DNA of 62,301 nucleotides, the filler included, from Bipalium vagum (Eukaryota): NCBI GenBank assembly GCA_037834085.1. It is 3 parts of 3 records of this genome, joined end to end, with 100 filler letters (N's around TTAATTAATTAA, not from the genome) between each part and the next. Parts side by side here need not be neighbours in the genome. Positions count along the whole stretch, not along the records: positions 1 to 20,637 come from JBBMKC010248841.1; positions 20,738 to 37,093 come from JBBMKC010114947.1; 1 more part is not named here. One strand, 5' to 3'. Under the pieces are notes generated by a model. The model saw only the letters and a list, made by a program, of their open reading frames with translations. It did no database searches and was not told the DNA's origin. Positions 14,763 through 26,860 of this stretch are shown here, in pieces (position 1 is the first letter of the stretch; each line of letters begins with the position of its first letter). A program made the translations under genes and the position numbers.

Positions 14763-15928
14763 GGGGCTGTATTCAGTATCTTGACTCTTCTCGGTTCACT
14801 AGTAAACTGGCCGATGAATGTTTGAAAGTTGAATTATTAATACAGTACACAGTATAAAATTCAGATTTCGATAAACTGGCAAATAATATGCAAAATAAAA
14901 AATTGTTTTAAAAAATTTGTTACTGTATTTTTGATTGCTTTAACTTTGCAATAAAAATTGTTTTTATATAATAATATATTTTATATCTGCATGTCTTGTA
15001 ATTAAAGCATTATTAAAATTCCGTGTTATGATTAAGTAAAATTTACAGTTTTCTCTTTTGACCTAAATTTCAGTTTACCGTTTATCCTTTTTTATTAAAA
15101 AAAAGTTCGCAATCCTTGCTCATGACCATAGAGGCATTAAAATAATTCTAATAAATAGAGGCATAAAATACTAATGATATATAAGATTAAAATACTTCTT
15201 CGAAGTAGTTGGTAATCGGAAGGAGAAATTTAAGGGAATTCAACTAGTGTTGTGAATTGACATTTTCCTTGATTTTTTTCGCAATTTATAATCGAGTGTT
15301 GTGATACAGAAGAATCATTTTTTTGCTTCATAATGAAATTTGGTTATTGCTCCTTCATCACAATATAAAAATCGCAATAATTAATATTTTTTTTCAGAAA
15401 GGTTTTAAAATTTTAAGTTAAACAAAAAATGTTATTCGTAAAAAACATTACAATTTTTTGTATAATTTTTGTTAAGGGTACTCTAAAAAGATGAATTATT
15501 TGTATTAGGCCATTTCAAAAGTTCGTGACTGATTTTATTAAAAAATGCAAAGTCAATAATTTATTTTATTACACCAAACCTCTGTCGAAGATAACATGTA
15601 TTTTATAGAACTCTTCCTACAATGTTTTATTTAATTTGTTTTGATTTCTGTGTTGACTAGATATTTCCCACCGTGTTTATGCACTAAATGGTGATTAAAT
15701 AAGAGAAAAAAACTAAGGAGTCTGTATTGAGAGCAAGAAGAGAGCCTGATATAAAATATAATAGGAATTGAATGGTGAGTACTGATAATATTTTTAATAA
15801 TAATACTAAGAACAATAAGAAATATTAATAACAATAGTAACAATTATTAAAATTATTTCAGTATTAATAATTGCGCTCATTATATGGTATATATATTATC
15901 AAGGAAGAGAAAAAAGAAAAGGGGTAAA

Positions 15929-16440
15929 ATACAGGGTGCGTCAGGTGGTATTTGAGGACAAAAATTGATATTAAAGGTAAGTAATATTTTTAATGAGAAG
16001 AATGTATATTTTTAAGCAATATTAGAAACTATATTTGTTTTAAGTACATAAGTTTTATTTATTCAAAAAAATCGCCTTCATTGTCAATTACAGCTTCAAA
16101 ACCGTTTCTGAAAAGCATAAAAGCCGCGATCAAATGGTTTTTGTTCTTATTTATCATAGCAGAAATTAGAAGCCCGTAATGAATCTTTAGTATTATAAGG
16201 ATGTTTGTTCGTCTTTTTTTCTACGACGCCCCATACGAAATTGTCCAAAGGATTTAAATCGGCTGAGTTAGGTGGCCATAAGTTTGGAGTGACATGGTCA
16301 TTAAAATTTAGCGATAGCCATTTTTGTTTTTTTAATGCTGTATGGCAAGGAGCTGAGTCTTGTTGGAACACATAAGGCCTTCCGTAGGCAACTTTCAATC
16401 CAGGGCTTCTCATATGTATCCAGACACTCGATATAAAGAG
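15929..16440 (-). mobile_element. DD37D (maT-type) Tc1/mariner remnant, 3' part
   Basis: VFQQDSAPCH...WPPNSADLNPLDNFVW, with 37 residues counted between the second and third catalytic Asp. TA-CAGGGTG TIR start at 15929. Confidence 0.85.
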
Positions 16441-16899
16441 ATGCATTAATTCCAAGTCCCTGTGGAAAGAAATTTCAGTTTCGTCAATTTCCAAAACAAT
16501 ATTTTCCTTAAAAAATAATTTATTAATTTTTATATATTTTCCTTTTTTAATCGTTGTAATATGAATACGTCCTTGCCTTTGATTTAGAAATTGTAGGTTT
16601 ACCAAAATATCTGAACATCTTCATTATTTCAGGATTATTTAATTTGTAGATTTGTGCTTTGAGAGCAACTTCAACATATTTGTCATAAGATCCTGTTAAA
16701 AAATGTGTGTTTAATTTTTTTGGAACTTACTAAATCGAAATTCTATTCAATAAATTTATGTTTCTTACTTTTCCGATGAGCATCTACAAAATATTTTTTT
16801 CGTGATTTACAAATTTTGCAATATATTGTTTTGTGAATGATATAAAAATTCTTGACTGTAGGTATTACAATAATAATTAATTATTTCCTTTTAGAACAT

Positions 16900-17193
16900 T
16901 CAAGAACATAATAGAAAGAACTGTTAAAAGTTATTTCAATGACAATAAAAACAAAAAGCTATTTAAAAATTAAAACGTCAACACCTGCAATATTGCAAGC
17001 TAAAATAGTATATGAATTTAAATGTCATTGGTGTAATAGCCTATACATAGAGAAGACAAAGCGTCACCTCAGAACACGTATTCGCGAACATTCGCAATTA
17101 AGCAGAGCGAGTAAAGTTTTAGATCATTCTTTGAATTGTGTTGTGCGAAAAGTCAAAGTTAATGCTGAAGAATTACGCCTTTATTCTGTATAA
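16900..17193 (+). mobile_element. Penelope-like retroelement GIY-YIG endonuclease fragment
   Basis: ORF 16939-17193: IVYEFKCHWCNSLYIEKTKRHLRTRIREH...VLDH matches the Penelope pattern VYxxxCxxCxxxYIGxTxRxLxxRxxEH, with YIG mutated to YIE. Confidence 0.8.
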
Positions 17194-17845
17194 CTGATCT
17201 TATTCATGGTTTTCAAATGTATACCAAGTTGATGTAACTGGTTTGCAATTTTGATCAATAAGTTTTTATGGATATGTAAGTGCAGGATAGCAGATCGTTC
17301 TGCAATGTATGATGTCTTCCATATTACAGGTTTATTATTGTATGTATATTTTAGAGTTTTCGTTAAGATGAAGACAAGATGAAATATTAAAATGACGATA
17401 GGCGAATTGCTTGTCAGTTATTTATATTCAAATTACTATTCGTAACAAAGCTGATAATTTTGTGGATATTGTTTTTATCTGAATTCTGACGATCATTTAA
17501 AGCACTATCAATTAATTAACTAACACTAAATCATCATTTTCTACACTTAACTTTGTTAATAAGATATCAAAAGGTTTGAACCTCAGACTAAGGTAATCGG
17601 AATTATGTAACAGTCTCATCAATTTCAAACCTGTATTCAGTTTGTAATTGAAAAAAATCATTTAAAGCCGATATCGTTCGTTTCGTGTCATTTACGTACT
17701 ATCTTCAAAGTAATTACCCACGAATTTAAATTTAATCAACGCTTACCACAGAGTATCACATATGTACTGACTATAAATGTTACTATAACATAAAAAAGAT
17801 TGAGTATAACCTATTAGTTTTAGTTATTTTTTTTGAAATTTATAA

Positions 17846-18910
17846 TATTTGGTTGGCCAAATATAAGTCATTTTTTATCAGAAACAAATTTATTTCAGAA
17901 AGAACAATAAAAAGTTTCAATTCAAAATATATTCTCCATTACTGTCAATGACTTTGCCTCCTTGACGCAGAGAATGGATGCCATTCTTTGAAAAGTCTTT
18001 GATTTTGATTCAAAGAACTGTGACACTCATATTTTGACCTCATCATTGCTTTTGAATGTTTTTTGTCCAATGAATGCTGCATTTATCTGAACCTATGCCT
18101 GGATTATATGGCGGATGGAACAAAACTATCCAACCAAATTTCCTTAATTTTTTTATTTGGTTTTCTTTACAATTAGCTGGTCAGCGTTGTCTTGAAGAAA
18201 TTTTGTTTTTTGAGGTATGTATATACAGCTTGACAGCACAAAGGTTGGTCCCCATGATTGAATTGTTTTGTGTATAGCTCTGATTTAACCATCTGACCCT
18301 TATATAGAAGCTCAAAATATACCAAACTTTTGTTGTTCTACCATACACAAAGCATGACTTTGAATTTAGCGACGTTTGTTGTGATTACTAAGTTCGTGCG
18401 GAACACATTTTCCGCCTATGTTTACTTTTTCAATTGCGTGCAAGTGGTTTTCAATAGTACTATGAGTGTAACCATAATTTTCTGCAAGTTCACTTGTAGT
18501 TTAGCAGGGATCAAACTTGAGGGTTTTTTTAATGTTTATTTGTCCTCAATGTGTGAACAACGTTGATGTTTTTCGTCTTCAAGACTTTTATCACCATCTT
18601 GGAAATGTAGAAACCATCGCTGACATTAGCATAATGCTGGAATAATCTCCAAATAATTAACACAAATTGCAATGTAATTCATTGATCGTTTTACCTTGTT
18701 CGAATTCGTATAAGAAAAAAACCCATACTCTGTTTTTGATATATCATTTTCTAAAGATTTATTAATTCAAAATTGAACCAATTTTAGATAAATAAATTAC
18801 TTGATTAAAACAACTTTATCATATAAATAGATTTACATAAATTTACATATTTTATAATGGCAAAAATTAAAACAAAAATGCTTGGCGACTTTTATATTTT
18901 GCGTCAATAA
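17846..18910 (-). mobile_element. degenerate near full-length mariner
   Basis: Minus strand reads QRWFLHFQDGDKSLEDE (HTH), MLCVW*NNKSLVYFELL and HPPYNP. TIR-like TTGGTTGGCCAAATATAAGTC at about 17849. Confidence 0.75.
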
Positions 18911-20637
18911 TTAATTATTGGTTTAACGATTATGGTCAAACTAGAGCTTTCTTTGTTTCAATTTTGATCTGGATCAAGATACATATCTCCCATATGTTGA
19001 GATTATTTCAATGTATTCAATTTTATAAGATCGTTTAGTTTCACAAGCAAATAATTTTTGGGTTTTTGGAAAAGGAATCATAACAGCAACAATATATGTA
19101 TAATTAAAAATAACGTATCACTCGTCAATGTCAAAAGTGACACGATTAACTGAAAAGCCGAATAATATCGGGCGAAATTAATTTCTAACAAAAATGACAG
19201 AATGGTGTATTGATTGTCCTTACGAGTGTTATTCATTTGGCTGGGAATTGTGAGAAATCAGAGAACGAGTTGGTTAATAATCTATCTTTAAAATATGTAA
19301 CATTCATGACAAATATTCTGTGACATGTTCTGATGCGACATTAAAGTAAGTTGACAGTCAGAAGTTCTCTTTTCAAGCCTTCAGATAACACTATAGAAAG
19401 AAAATTACATAAAATCATAGAAATGACAGGATTTTGATGTCAACAATAATACAGGCTTTACTATCTGAAATGATACGAGAAGGAGGAGATATCTGTTTAC
19501 TATGAAAAATGTATTATCGGAACAGTTTTATCAAATGATTGCTTTGCAAGAAAGTATTTGTATTAGTTGAAATATTGTTAAAATGTCATTTAATTTATGA
19601 TATTAAAATATATTGCGATACGGTTGGACTTGTTGAAAAAGGAATCACTAAAATATCATTAAATAATATTTTCTTAAATTCCAAAAATTCTGCTGAAGTT
19701 TTCTTTCAGTCAACCTTAAAAATGACATTTACATTAATATATAAATAATAATTTTCAGAACACCACTTACATACACCAACCAAACTTTCTGGTTTACATT
19801 TTAGTCCAAAAAATAACAGTTTATGATTTCGTTGAATAATTTTAGTCTCTTTTGATCCATATTTAGATTATTTTATAATTTAATAATAATAAAATTAATT
19901 TAATAATAATTTGTATTTGTTTTCCATTTTCCTGCTTTGTTTTCCTCATTAGAATTCTGCACGAGATTATTTTAATATTCTCTTTTATTTCACTGATGAA
20001 AATAATTACTTAAATTTAAGACTTTCATTCAATTTAATATTTCTGCACAAGATCAAAAGATTTCAGTTCAATTGAGAATTATATCCTTTGATGTTTTTGT
20101 TGAACTGTTGAAATAACGTATATAAATCCATTATTATTAATTTCTTGATATTATTATTTTACTATTTTTTTTCACTGCATAGTTTAAATAAATTTCATTG
20201 TGAATTACAACTGACAAAATAAAATAATATCCCATTTTTATTTTTTTTTATTTTTTTTTTAATTTTTACAGTCCTTTTCCATTTCAACTCAAAATATAAA
20301 TAAAAAAAAAATTTTTTGCCATTAATTGTTTTTTATATTTAATTTTATTGATTTTATGAGCTCCGTTATTATATCTTTGATTACTGTTTTATGATAAAGA
20401 ATCTTTCTTGGATGGAATATTTTGCTTTATTCAACTAAAGTTTCTGTCTGAGTTCTCTGATGTTCCAAAATCATTTTAATCGATTATTTATTTATTAAAT
20501 TATGGCGAATATTTTATTAAGAACAATAATCCTTACAACACAATTTAAGATATATATTCATTGATTAAATATTTCAATAGAAAGTATAATAAATATTGAT
20601 CACAATAAAATATTAATAAAAACTATAAAGAAATCAA

Positions 20638-20737
20638 NNNNNNNNNNNNNNNNNNNNNNNNNNNNNNNNNNNNNNNNNNNNTTAATTAATTAANNNNNNN
20701 NNNNNNNNNNNNNNNNNNNNNNNNNNNNNNNNNNNNN
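20638..20737. other. artificial contig spacer N44-TTAATTAATTAA-N44
   Basis: Exactly 100 nt with a central 12-mer that has stops in all six frames. An identical spacer lies at 37094-37193. Confidence 0.95.
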
Positions 20738-21311
20738 GATCACAAAAGTAAAACAAAAGAATCATTGTTGATTTAGTTCGTTTTGTACATCTGCTGTGCC
20801 TGGGAGTCTCCACAGTAAGTGAAATGTACGAATCAATTCTATTGAATTTGTGCTGTATAATTTAAGTGGTCGCGTTGATTGCTGTTTTTTCTGAATCATT
20901 TTAATAGTTCTAAATTTTTCACTTCATTAATTAATTTTTCCTGATTATTATTAAGAATTTAATTATATTTTTTAAAATAAATATTAATTTCACTGCTTTT
21001 TTAAAATTTTGATAAATATTTTTATTTTCTATATATTTTTAACATTTTAATTTATTTAAATTTACATTTTAACTTTACATTTTTTGCACTTTAAAATATT
21101 TTATTCGGATTTTTTGTATCCTATTATTATTATATAATAAGATTTATGAATTTTATAAAGAATAATAATAATATTAAATGAATGTAAAAAAATAAATCAA
21201 ATATATTTTTAAAAATATTGTTATTAATTCTTTAGATAAAATATTTAGTTAATTATCACTAAAAGTTGAAGACTAAAGTACAGGAGTACATATTACTATC
21301 TCCTAATTTTA

Positions 21312-21944
21312 TTAAGTCCTTTTTCTTTTTTTATTTGTTCTCGTGTTTATATTTTTTTTAATTTTGTTGGTTTTAAGAGAATGTTGACGTGGTTCTCTTT
21401 TTAAAGAAATATTTTTATCATTAAAAACATCCCCTTCTCTGTTATTTGCTGATCTTTGGGATAGTTTTGATCGGGATTTCATTACATTTTCTTTTTTCAT
21501 AGAAAGGTTTTGTCTTAAAGTCAAATTTGATATACTTCCGTTAATACGAGCTACAATTGCGTACTGCTGGCTTTGAAGTCTTCGCGATATGTCGAGATCT
21601 GCGCAATCATGGTGGGTAGGCTCACTACTATCAAGAATCTCAATCATCGAAATAGCTGAATCTTTGGAAATTAGTTGAGATATTTTCAGTATCAATATAT
21701 CAACAATTAACAGAATCCTAATGTAACAAGCTCTTAAACGATTTCTCAAGTGGGAATTGACAACAACGATTCTGAAAAGCATCAAATCATCCAAGTTTAC
21801 GAACTTTTCACCAGCAATGATTTCAAGTATGACATCTCTAAATTGATCCAATAATTTAACGTTATCAGACCCCTGCTCTTCAATATTAATGACGATTTTA
21901 CTAATTCCAGCAACCAGGTTTTCATTTTGAAAGCTTTTCTCCAT
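21312..21944 (-). CDS. hypothetical protein (210 aa, single ORF, basic C-terminus)
   Basis: Uninterrupted 633-nt ATG-to-TAA frame in very AT-rich DNA, with higher GC than the flanks. Amphipathic-helix-like N-half and Lys/Arg/Asn-rich tail ending NKKRKRT. No family recognised. Confidence 0.5.
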   Translation of the reverse strand: MEKSFQNENLVAGISKIVINIEEQGSDNVKLLDQFRDVILEIIAGEKFVNLDDLMLFRIVVVNSHLRNRLRACYIRILLIVDILILKISQLISKDSAISMIEILDSSEPTHHDCADLDISRRLQSQQYAIVARINGSISNLTLRQNLSMKKENVMKSRSKLSQRSANNREGDVFNDKNISLKREPRQHSLKTNKIKKNINTRTNKKRKRT

Positions 21945-22181
21945 CAGTAGAATCAGAGTATGTAACGGTTATAAGAAGGATTTTAAAATATTATTTATTG
22001 TTAATTGATAAATCGATTAATAAATAATCAGATTTATTGGAAAACAATACAGAACAATTTTCATTATCTATAATGTTATAAGGTGTATCTAATATATCTT
22101 TTTAAAATACCCTTATGAGACCCAGTTACCACAAAATAGTTATTAAATCAAAGTTATCTTTGAATATCAAATATTATTGTT

Positions 22182-22710
22182 ATATTGGGTAGGGAAGAAG
22201 TTTTTTCGTATTTTAAAGCACATTGAATCGTTTTTCATTAAATGGGAATATTTTTGTTAAAATAAAAATAAAAGATGTATTTAAATATTCTTGCATTGAA
22301 AGGTAAGCCCAGATATTTCGTTAAACTTGATTAGTGTCATGGGAAACTCCTTGAAAGGGTGCAAAATTAGGATTAACAAGAAAAGGAACTTGTGTTATGT
22401 TTCTTGTGGGATTGAAAAAGAATAATTTTTTATGAACATCTGCCACATAATCAAATGATCGATTCTAATCTGTATTTTGATCAATTACTGAGATTAAAAC
22501 AAGCTATTCAAAATATCAGACAAAACTTATAAGGTCATTATGTTTTAATACGACAATACCAGGCCACAGACACTTTCAAAGTCCGGCAAATATTAAACAA
22601 GTTTAACAGAAAAATAATTATGCTTCTACCACAGGCTTTCAACTGTTTAAAAGTAAATTTTAAGTCTACAAGAAAGTAAAAAATTGATACATTTTTTGTC
22701 AAAAATTTCA
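22182..22710 (+). mobile_element. highly degenerate mariner fragment
   Basis: TATTGGGTAGGGAAGAAG TIR-like start; VIMF*YDNTRP at about 22534-22566, a degenerate HDNARP motif. Confidence 0.5.
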
Positions 22711-22719
22711 ATTTTAATC

Positions 22720-23760
22720 TCTCGGATGTAGCTTCGTGCCACTCACCTCTCGATCAAGTACATTTACCAATGATCCGAATCTGTGGTTCCTCTCGTACTG
22801 TTTCACGACGGTCTAAACCCAGCTCTTTAGTCTTCAAAAATCGTATAGTTTTCTTTCTCAGTAGAGCTACATATCAAGATATCTTCTATATATATATAAC
22901 TCCATTGAAAAGTAGATCCTCCGAGTTAATTCGTGAGTTAATAACTCTTGCATCAGCTTCTGAAAAGTTACTGGTGCCGTTGCTAATCCATAAGATAAGC
23001 GGTTCTGGAAGGCCATGCACAGCAACATCTGATGAAATCGTATAAATTGCATATTCTACATAGGCTACTAATAAAAAGGCTGAAAACCATGCTGAAGCAC
23101 TGGTTACAAATTTTAATAAAGTTTTTTTTATAAATGTGTTACTTTTGTTGTAACTTTTAATAATGCATTTTTAAAACGAAAGAATACTTTAATAAATGAA
23201 AATCCAGATACAAAAATCATGGATTTAGAAATGAAATTTGTAAAGAATTGGATAACTTTTCTGCCCACTTTACTTCTCACAGCTACCCATCCGGCAGCTA
23301 AAACAATTTATTAAATGCAGCTAGTCTAACTTTATATATTGATATTAATTTGTCGTATTTCCAACTTGTAAGCTTTTTACATAAATTAAATTTATTTGCG
23401 CCTTTACGAAAAGTAAAGCCAATAGCACGAACAGCTAATGATCATTTTAATGGCAGCTTGAATACTAATTGTTTATTCACTTGCACTCACCTCATGGCCT
23501 GAAAGTCAGATAAACGTTCTCTGTTTTCTGACATCATTTCCTTGTCATACATTTCGATGAATATGTTCTTTATGCCTACTACCACCAATGGAGAACTCCA
23601 TTGACATTCACACTTAGTTAGAATTCCTGGTGACAATAGCTATGAAACCATTTTATCTATATTTGATTCCAAATGCATCGATTGTTTTCTTGCTTGTTGT
23701 GCGAGTCCGTTAATATTAAATATAACTGAACTAACCTTGAGTGATCTTGGTCAAATGTTA
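22720..23760 (-). mobile_element. Ty3/gypsy LTR-retrotransposon reverse transcriptase remnant
   Basis: Minus strand about 23700-23570 reads QQARKQSMHLESNIDKMVS*LLSPGILTKCECQWSSPLVVV (gypsy RT N-terminal SxWSSPLVxV). About 23010-22950 reads LSYGLATAPVTFQKLMQELL (MPFGLxNAPATFQRLM). Confidence 0.8.
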
Positions 23761-23922
23761 ATACCATTTATATTTTCTCATATGAAAGAAAAAATATATT
23801 TTTATTCATTCAGAAGAGGATAATATACTGTTTTCAGGCTTTGACAGTCGATAAACTATTGGATGTTACCTTCCACATTTTAAAACCGTTAATTTTTTAT
23901 TAGAAAAATATCAAATTTAAAT

Positions 23923-24455
23923 TTGGATAATAATTATTATCACCAAAACTTAACATTAAGAAATTGTGATTATTTAAAAATTTATTTAAACCAAACGGAT
24001 TCAAGTAAAAATGAAATTTTACTTTTTTCTTTATTACAAACAATTAATACTTTACATTTATCTAAGGCTTTACTTGTTTTAGAAATAGAGAATATAAAAG
24101 CCGATGAAAATTACTTTACAAAATAATCTCTTTCCATATTTATTTTCAAATACAATTTTTAAATTAGGTTCAACAGATGTTGAAACAATAGAAAATTTAG
24201 GAACTACAATTATCAGATAAAAATAAAGAAAACAGAGATAATAGGCTATGCAGAACTAGAAAACTTTTTTTTTCTCAAAATAAATTTATAGGAGAATTTC
24301 CATTAAAATTAATATTTGGATTTTTTCAATTTTATAATACAATTATTTATAAAATGAGAGGAGAAATTAGATTTTCAAAAAATTGATATTAATAAAGAAA
24401 TATGTTATGGAGATAAATGACATGCTTAATTAAAATTGATATATTTAAAATTATC
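23923..24455 (+). pseudogene. Maverick/Polinton major capsid protein relic
   Basis: Frameshifted segments: DYLKIY..NEILLFSLLQTINTLHLSKALLVLE (ORF 23923); FPYLFSNTIFKLGSTDVETIENLGTT (from 24131); FIGEFPLKLIFGFFQFYNTIIYKMRGEIRFSKN (from 24285). These are colinear with recalled Maverick MCP motifs LFSxxxxxLxGxEIExIxNPG and IPLxxIFGFxxDYxKII. Confidence 0.65.
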
Positions 24456-24459
24456 TTTA

Positions 24460-24960
24460 GATCCTGGGTCGAATAAACGCTTAGAAAATTTTGATGGAAT
24501 ATTAAAAAATTATAACGAAACAGGAAATTTAAATATTCCCCAAATTTCTAAAAAAGATTCTATTCAAATAAAACGAAACAAGAGAACAATTAGCAAATGA
24601 ACTTCATAAGGAATTTAGAGAACCTAAACAATTTTTGAAAATCAAAGTTAATAATAAAGAAGATATTTGACCTGATATTTAACCTTTGAACTAGGTGAGA
24701 AAGTATATAAAATAATTCTAATAGTTATTGATTTGTACACAAGATTTTCTTTTGCTGTTCCTTTGAAATATAAAACAAGAAAATCTATAACACATGCTTT
24801 TGTTGAAATATTTGGAGAGTATTAAAGAATTCATAATAATTCATAATATTAATAATTCATAATTCATATCAACTTTGGGTTGATAAGGTTCATAATTTTA
24901 AAATAGAACAACTGAGGATTTTTTTTTGATATGTAAATAGAAATTTACTCAACAGAGAAT
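24460..24960 (+). pseudogene. Maverick/Polinton retroviral-like (rve) integrase relic
   Basis: REQLANELHKEFREPKQFLKIKVNNKEDI* (24581), YKIILIVIDLYTRFSFAVPLKYKTRKSITHAFVEIF (24706), QLWVDK, IEIYSTEN (ending 24960). These match c-integrase motifs ELHK..DDIW, YxLxVIDxFSKYAWAxPLKxK, LWxDxG and YST. Confidence 0.85.
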
Positions 24961-25760
24961 TTATTAATTTTGGAAAAACAATTTTTAATAATATTCCTAT
25001 TGATAAAAGTTTTATTTACATTTGAATTTTCCTCAAATAAATTCTCAAGTTTCAAAATCCTCAAATAATATAAATGGAATTATATTTTTAAAATAATAAT
25101 TATTAAATTGACAATATTTACCTTTATGAAATATTTGTATAGTTTCTTAAAAATACTTTTATTTTCGTTTAAGACAATTTCTGAATGATACCAATTAAAA
25201 AAGTATTAAACGGAGATCGTTTGAATTATTATTTGAAAAGATGTTCATATTTCTAACTAAAACAAAGATTTGGATATAATAACATGTTACATATTTTTCT
25301 ATTTAATTGGATGTGAAAATACTATTTTGTCTATGTATTGGTAATAAATTTACCTTTGATATGCTGAATTCGATTTCATCTTATTAGTCTTCGTCGAACT
25401 CATATATTCATCATTTTCAAAACCATTTACTAAAATATTTTTTGTCTATTAAATATTTTAATATCACTTATTTTCACTAGAAAATGTATTTGTTAAATTA
25501 ATTAAATTCTATATTTTGCATAGTTTGAAACTGTCAATGATTTTCTGTTGAATATAAATATGCTAATATACTATAAACAAAAAATTATCATTATTTTTAA
25601 AATTTACTATATATTGTGATTTGAATGGTACTTGTATATATAAAAATTCTACTAAACTTTGATTTTTAAATAAATCTAATTATATTGATATTATTTTGTC
25701 AAATTCCTTCCAGATTCTTTTTGTTCTTTTACTTCCATGGTCTAATTTCTCTTACTGAAA
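24961..25760 (-). pseudogene. Maverick/Polinton protein-primed DNA polymerase B relic (N-terminal region to Exo I)
   Basis: Minus strand, in order: YIQVPFKSQYIVNFKNNDNF/ILAYLYSTENH/VSNYAKY, VKISDIKIFNRQKNILVNGFE, FVLVRNMN, QFNNYYFKNIIPFILFEDFET. These match pPolB SYIxLP..IINIKNxDNxCF..ILA, FPVKxxDIxKFExxNNISINVF, HYxLIKN and PFVIYADFE. Confidence 0.8.
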
Positions 25761-26344
25761 TGAAATTGTATTACTTATTTGATTTTCTTTTATTCTTTTT
25801 TCTGCTTTTGAATACTTTTAAATGATACTTTTAGATTTAATATATATTATTTGGTTATTAACGGTTATTTTATTATTAATATCATTTTTAATAATTTAAC
25901 TTTGGTTAATTTGAAATAAAAAAAATTAATAATTATATATTTTAATTTTCTTCAAATTTAATTTCATTAATATATATATTGACTCATTTCCAAGTAGCTC
26001 ATTAAAAAAATTATTATATAATATATTTATATAAATTTTTACTATGATTTTTAGATCTTAAATGAGATGATTAAACTGATTCTTTGTCACAATTTTCTTA
26101 ATTAAATTTTTTTCAAATATTTTGTTTCAATTATTTAATATTTTAAAATTTATAAAAATTAATCTTGAATTTCAATTTAAATTTCAATTACCCTTAGATA
26201 TTATGGGATTAAATAAACTCTTTTTATTTCGAGAGTGGTCTTGGCCTTCTAAGTTTCTGAAAACTTCACAAGGAATTTTAATTAAAAGATTTCTTATAAA
26301 AAAATTAAAAGAATTGTTTTATAAAATGTAGACCAGTTATTTGA

Positions 26345-26860
26345 TACTTGTGCAAAAAGAGATGCTCACTTGAGTCTGGGAACGTTTACAGATGTGAGTA
26401 GAAGGAAGATATATGCCCTTTTGTGAAGAAGACTGACCCATGATTTGTTGTTCGACGATCTTCAATTAATTTCCGAAAATTTTCATAGGATGCAGTTGTT
26501 TTTGGACGACATTCTCTGAAATCATCACCCAAATAGATGCGTCTAGACTTTAATTCATGAAACCATCGATACACTGTAGTTTTCGATAGAGCATTATCAG
26601 TTAGGCTGTCGAGACATTGCTGCTGTGTCAATCCGCATCGGAAATCATATAAAATCATAGCACGAAAGTTTTGCATTGATTAATTTATATTTTCCGCTTT
26701 GTTTGCCATATTTAAATGTAAATATTTATTTTTAAAAATGCGATTTTTATTATTAAATAAAAGTAATAGTGTTAAAAACACGTATTTTATGATTATTTTT
26801 TGATTTCTTATTAAGCCTTTGCATATTTTCCATTTCTGAAAGTTTCCAACTGCCCATCTC
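26345..26860 (-). mobile_element. mariner 5' fragment (same family as 54158-55370)
   Basis: ORF 26386-26676: MQNFRAMILYDFRCGLTQQQC..SKTTVYRWFHEL..LGDDFRECRPKT. The upstream leader aligns by eye with 55180-55370. Confidence 0.85.

Noticed and set aside
19000-19800. Moderate-complexity region, possibly a decayed transposon
   Set aside because: No recognisable motif in the frames inspected.
20777-20822. Possible small exon (TTTAG...GTAAGT) that might end the protocadherin
   Set aside because: It lies beyond an artificial spacer, is very short and has no diagnostic motif.
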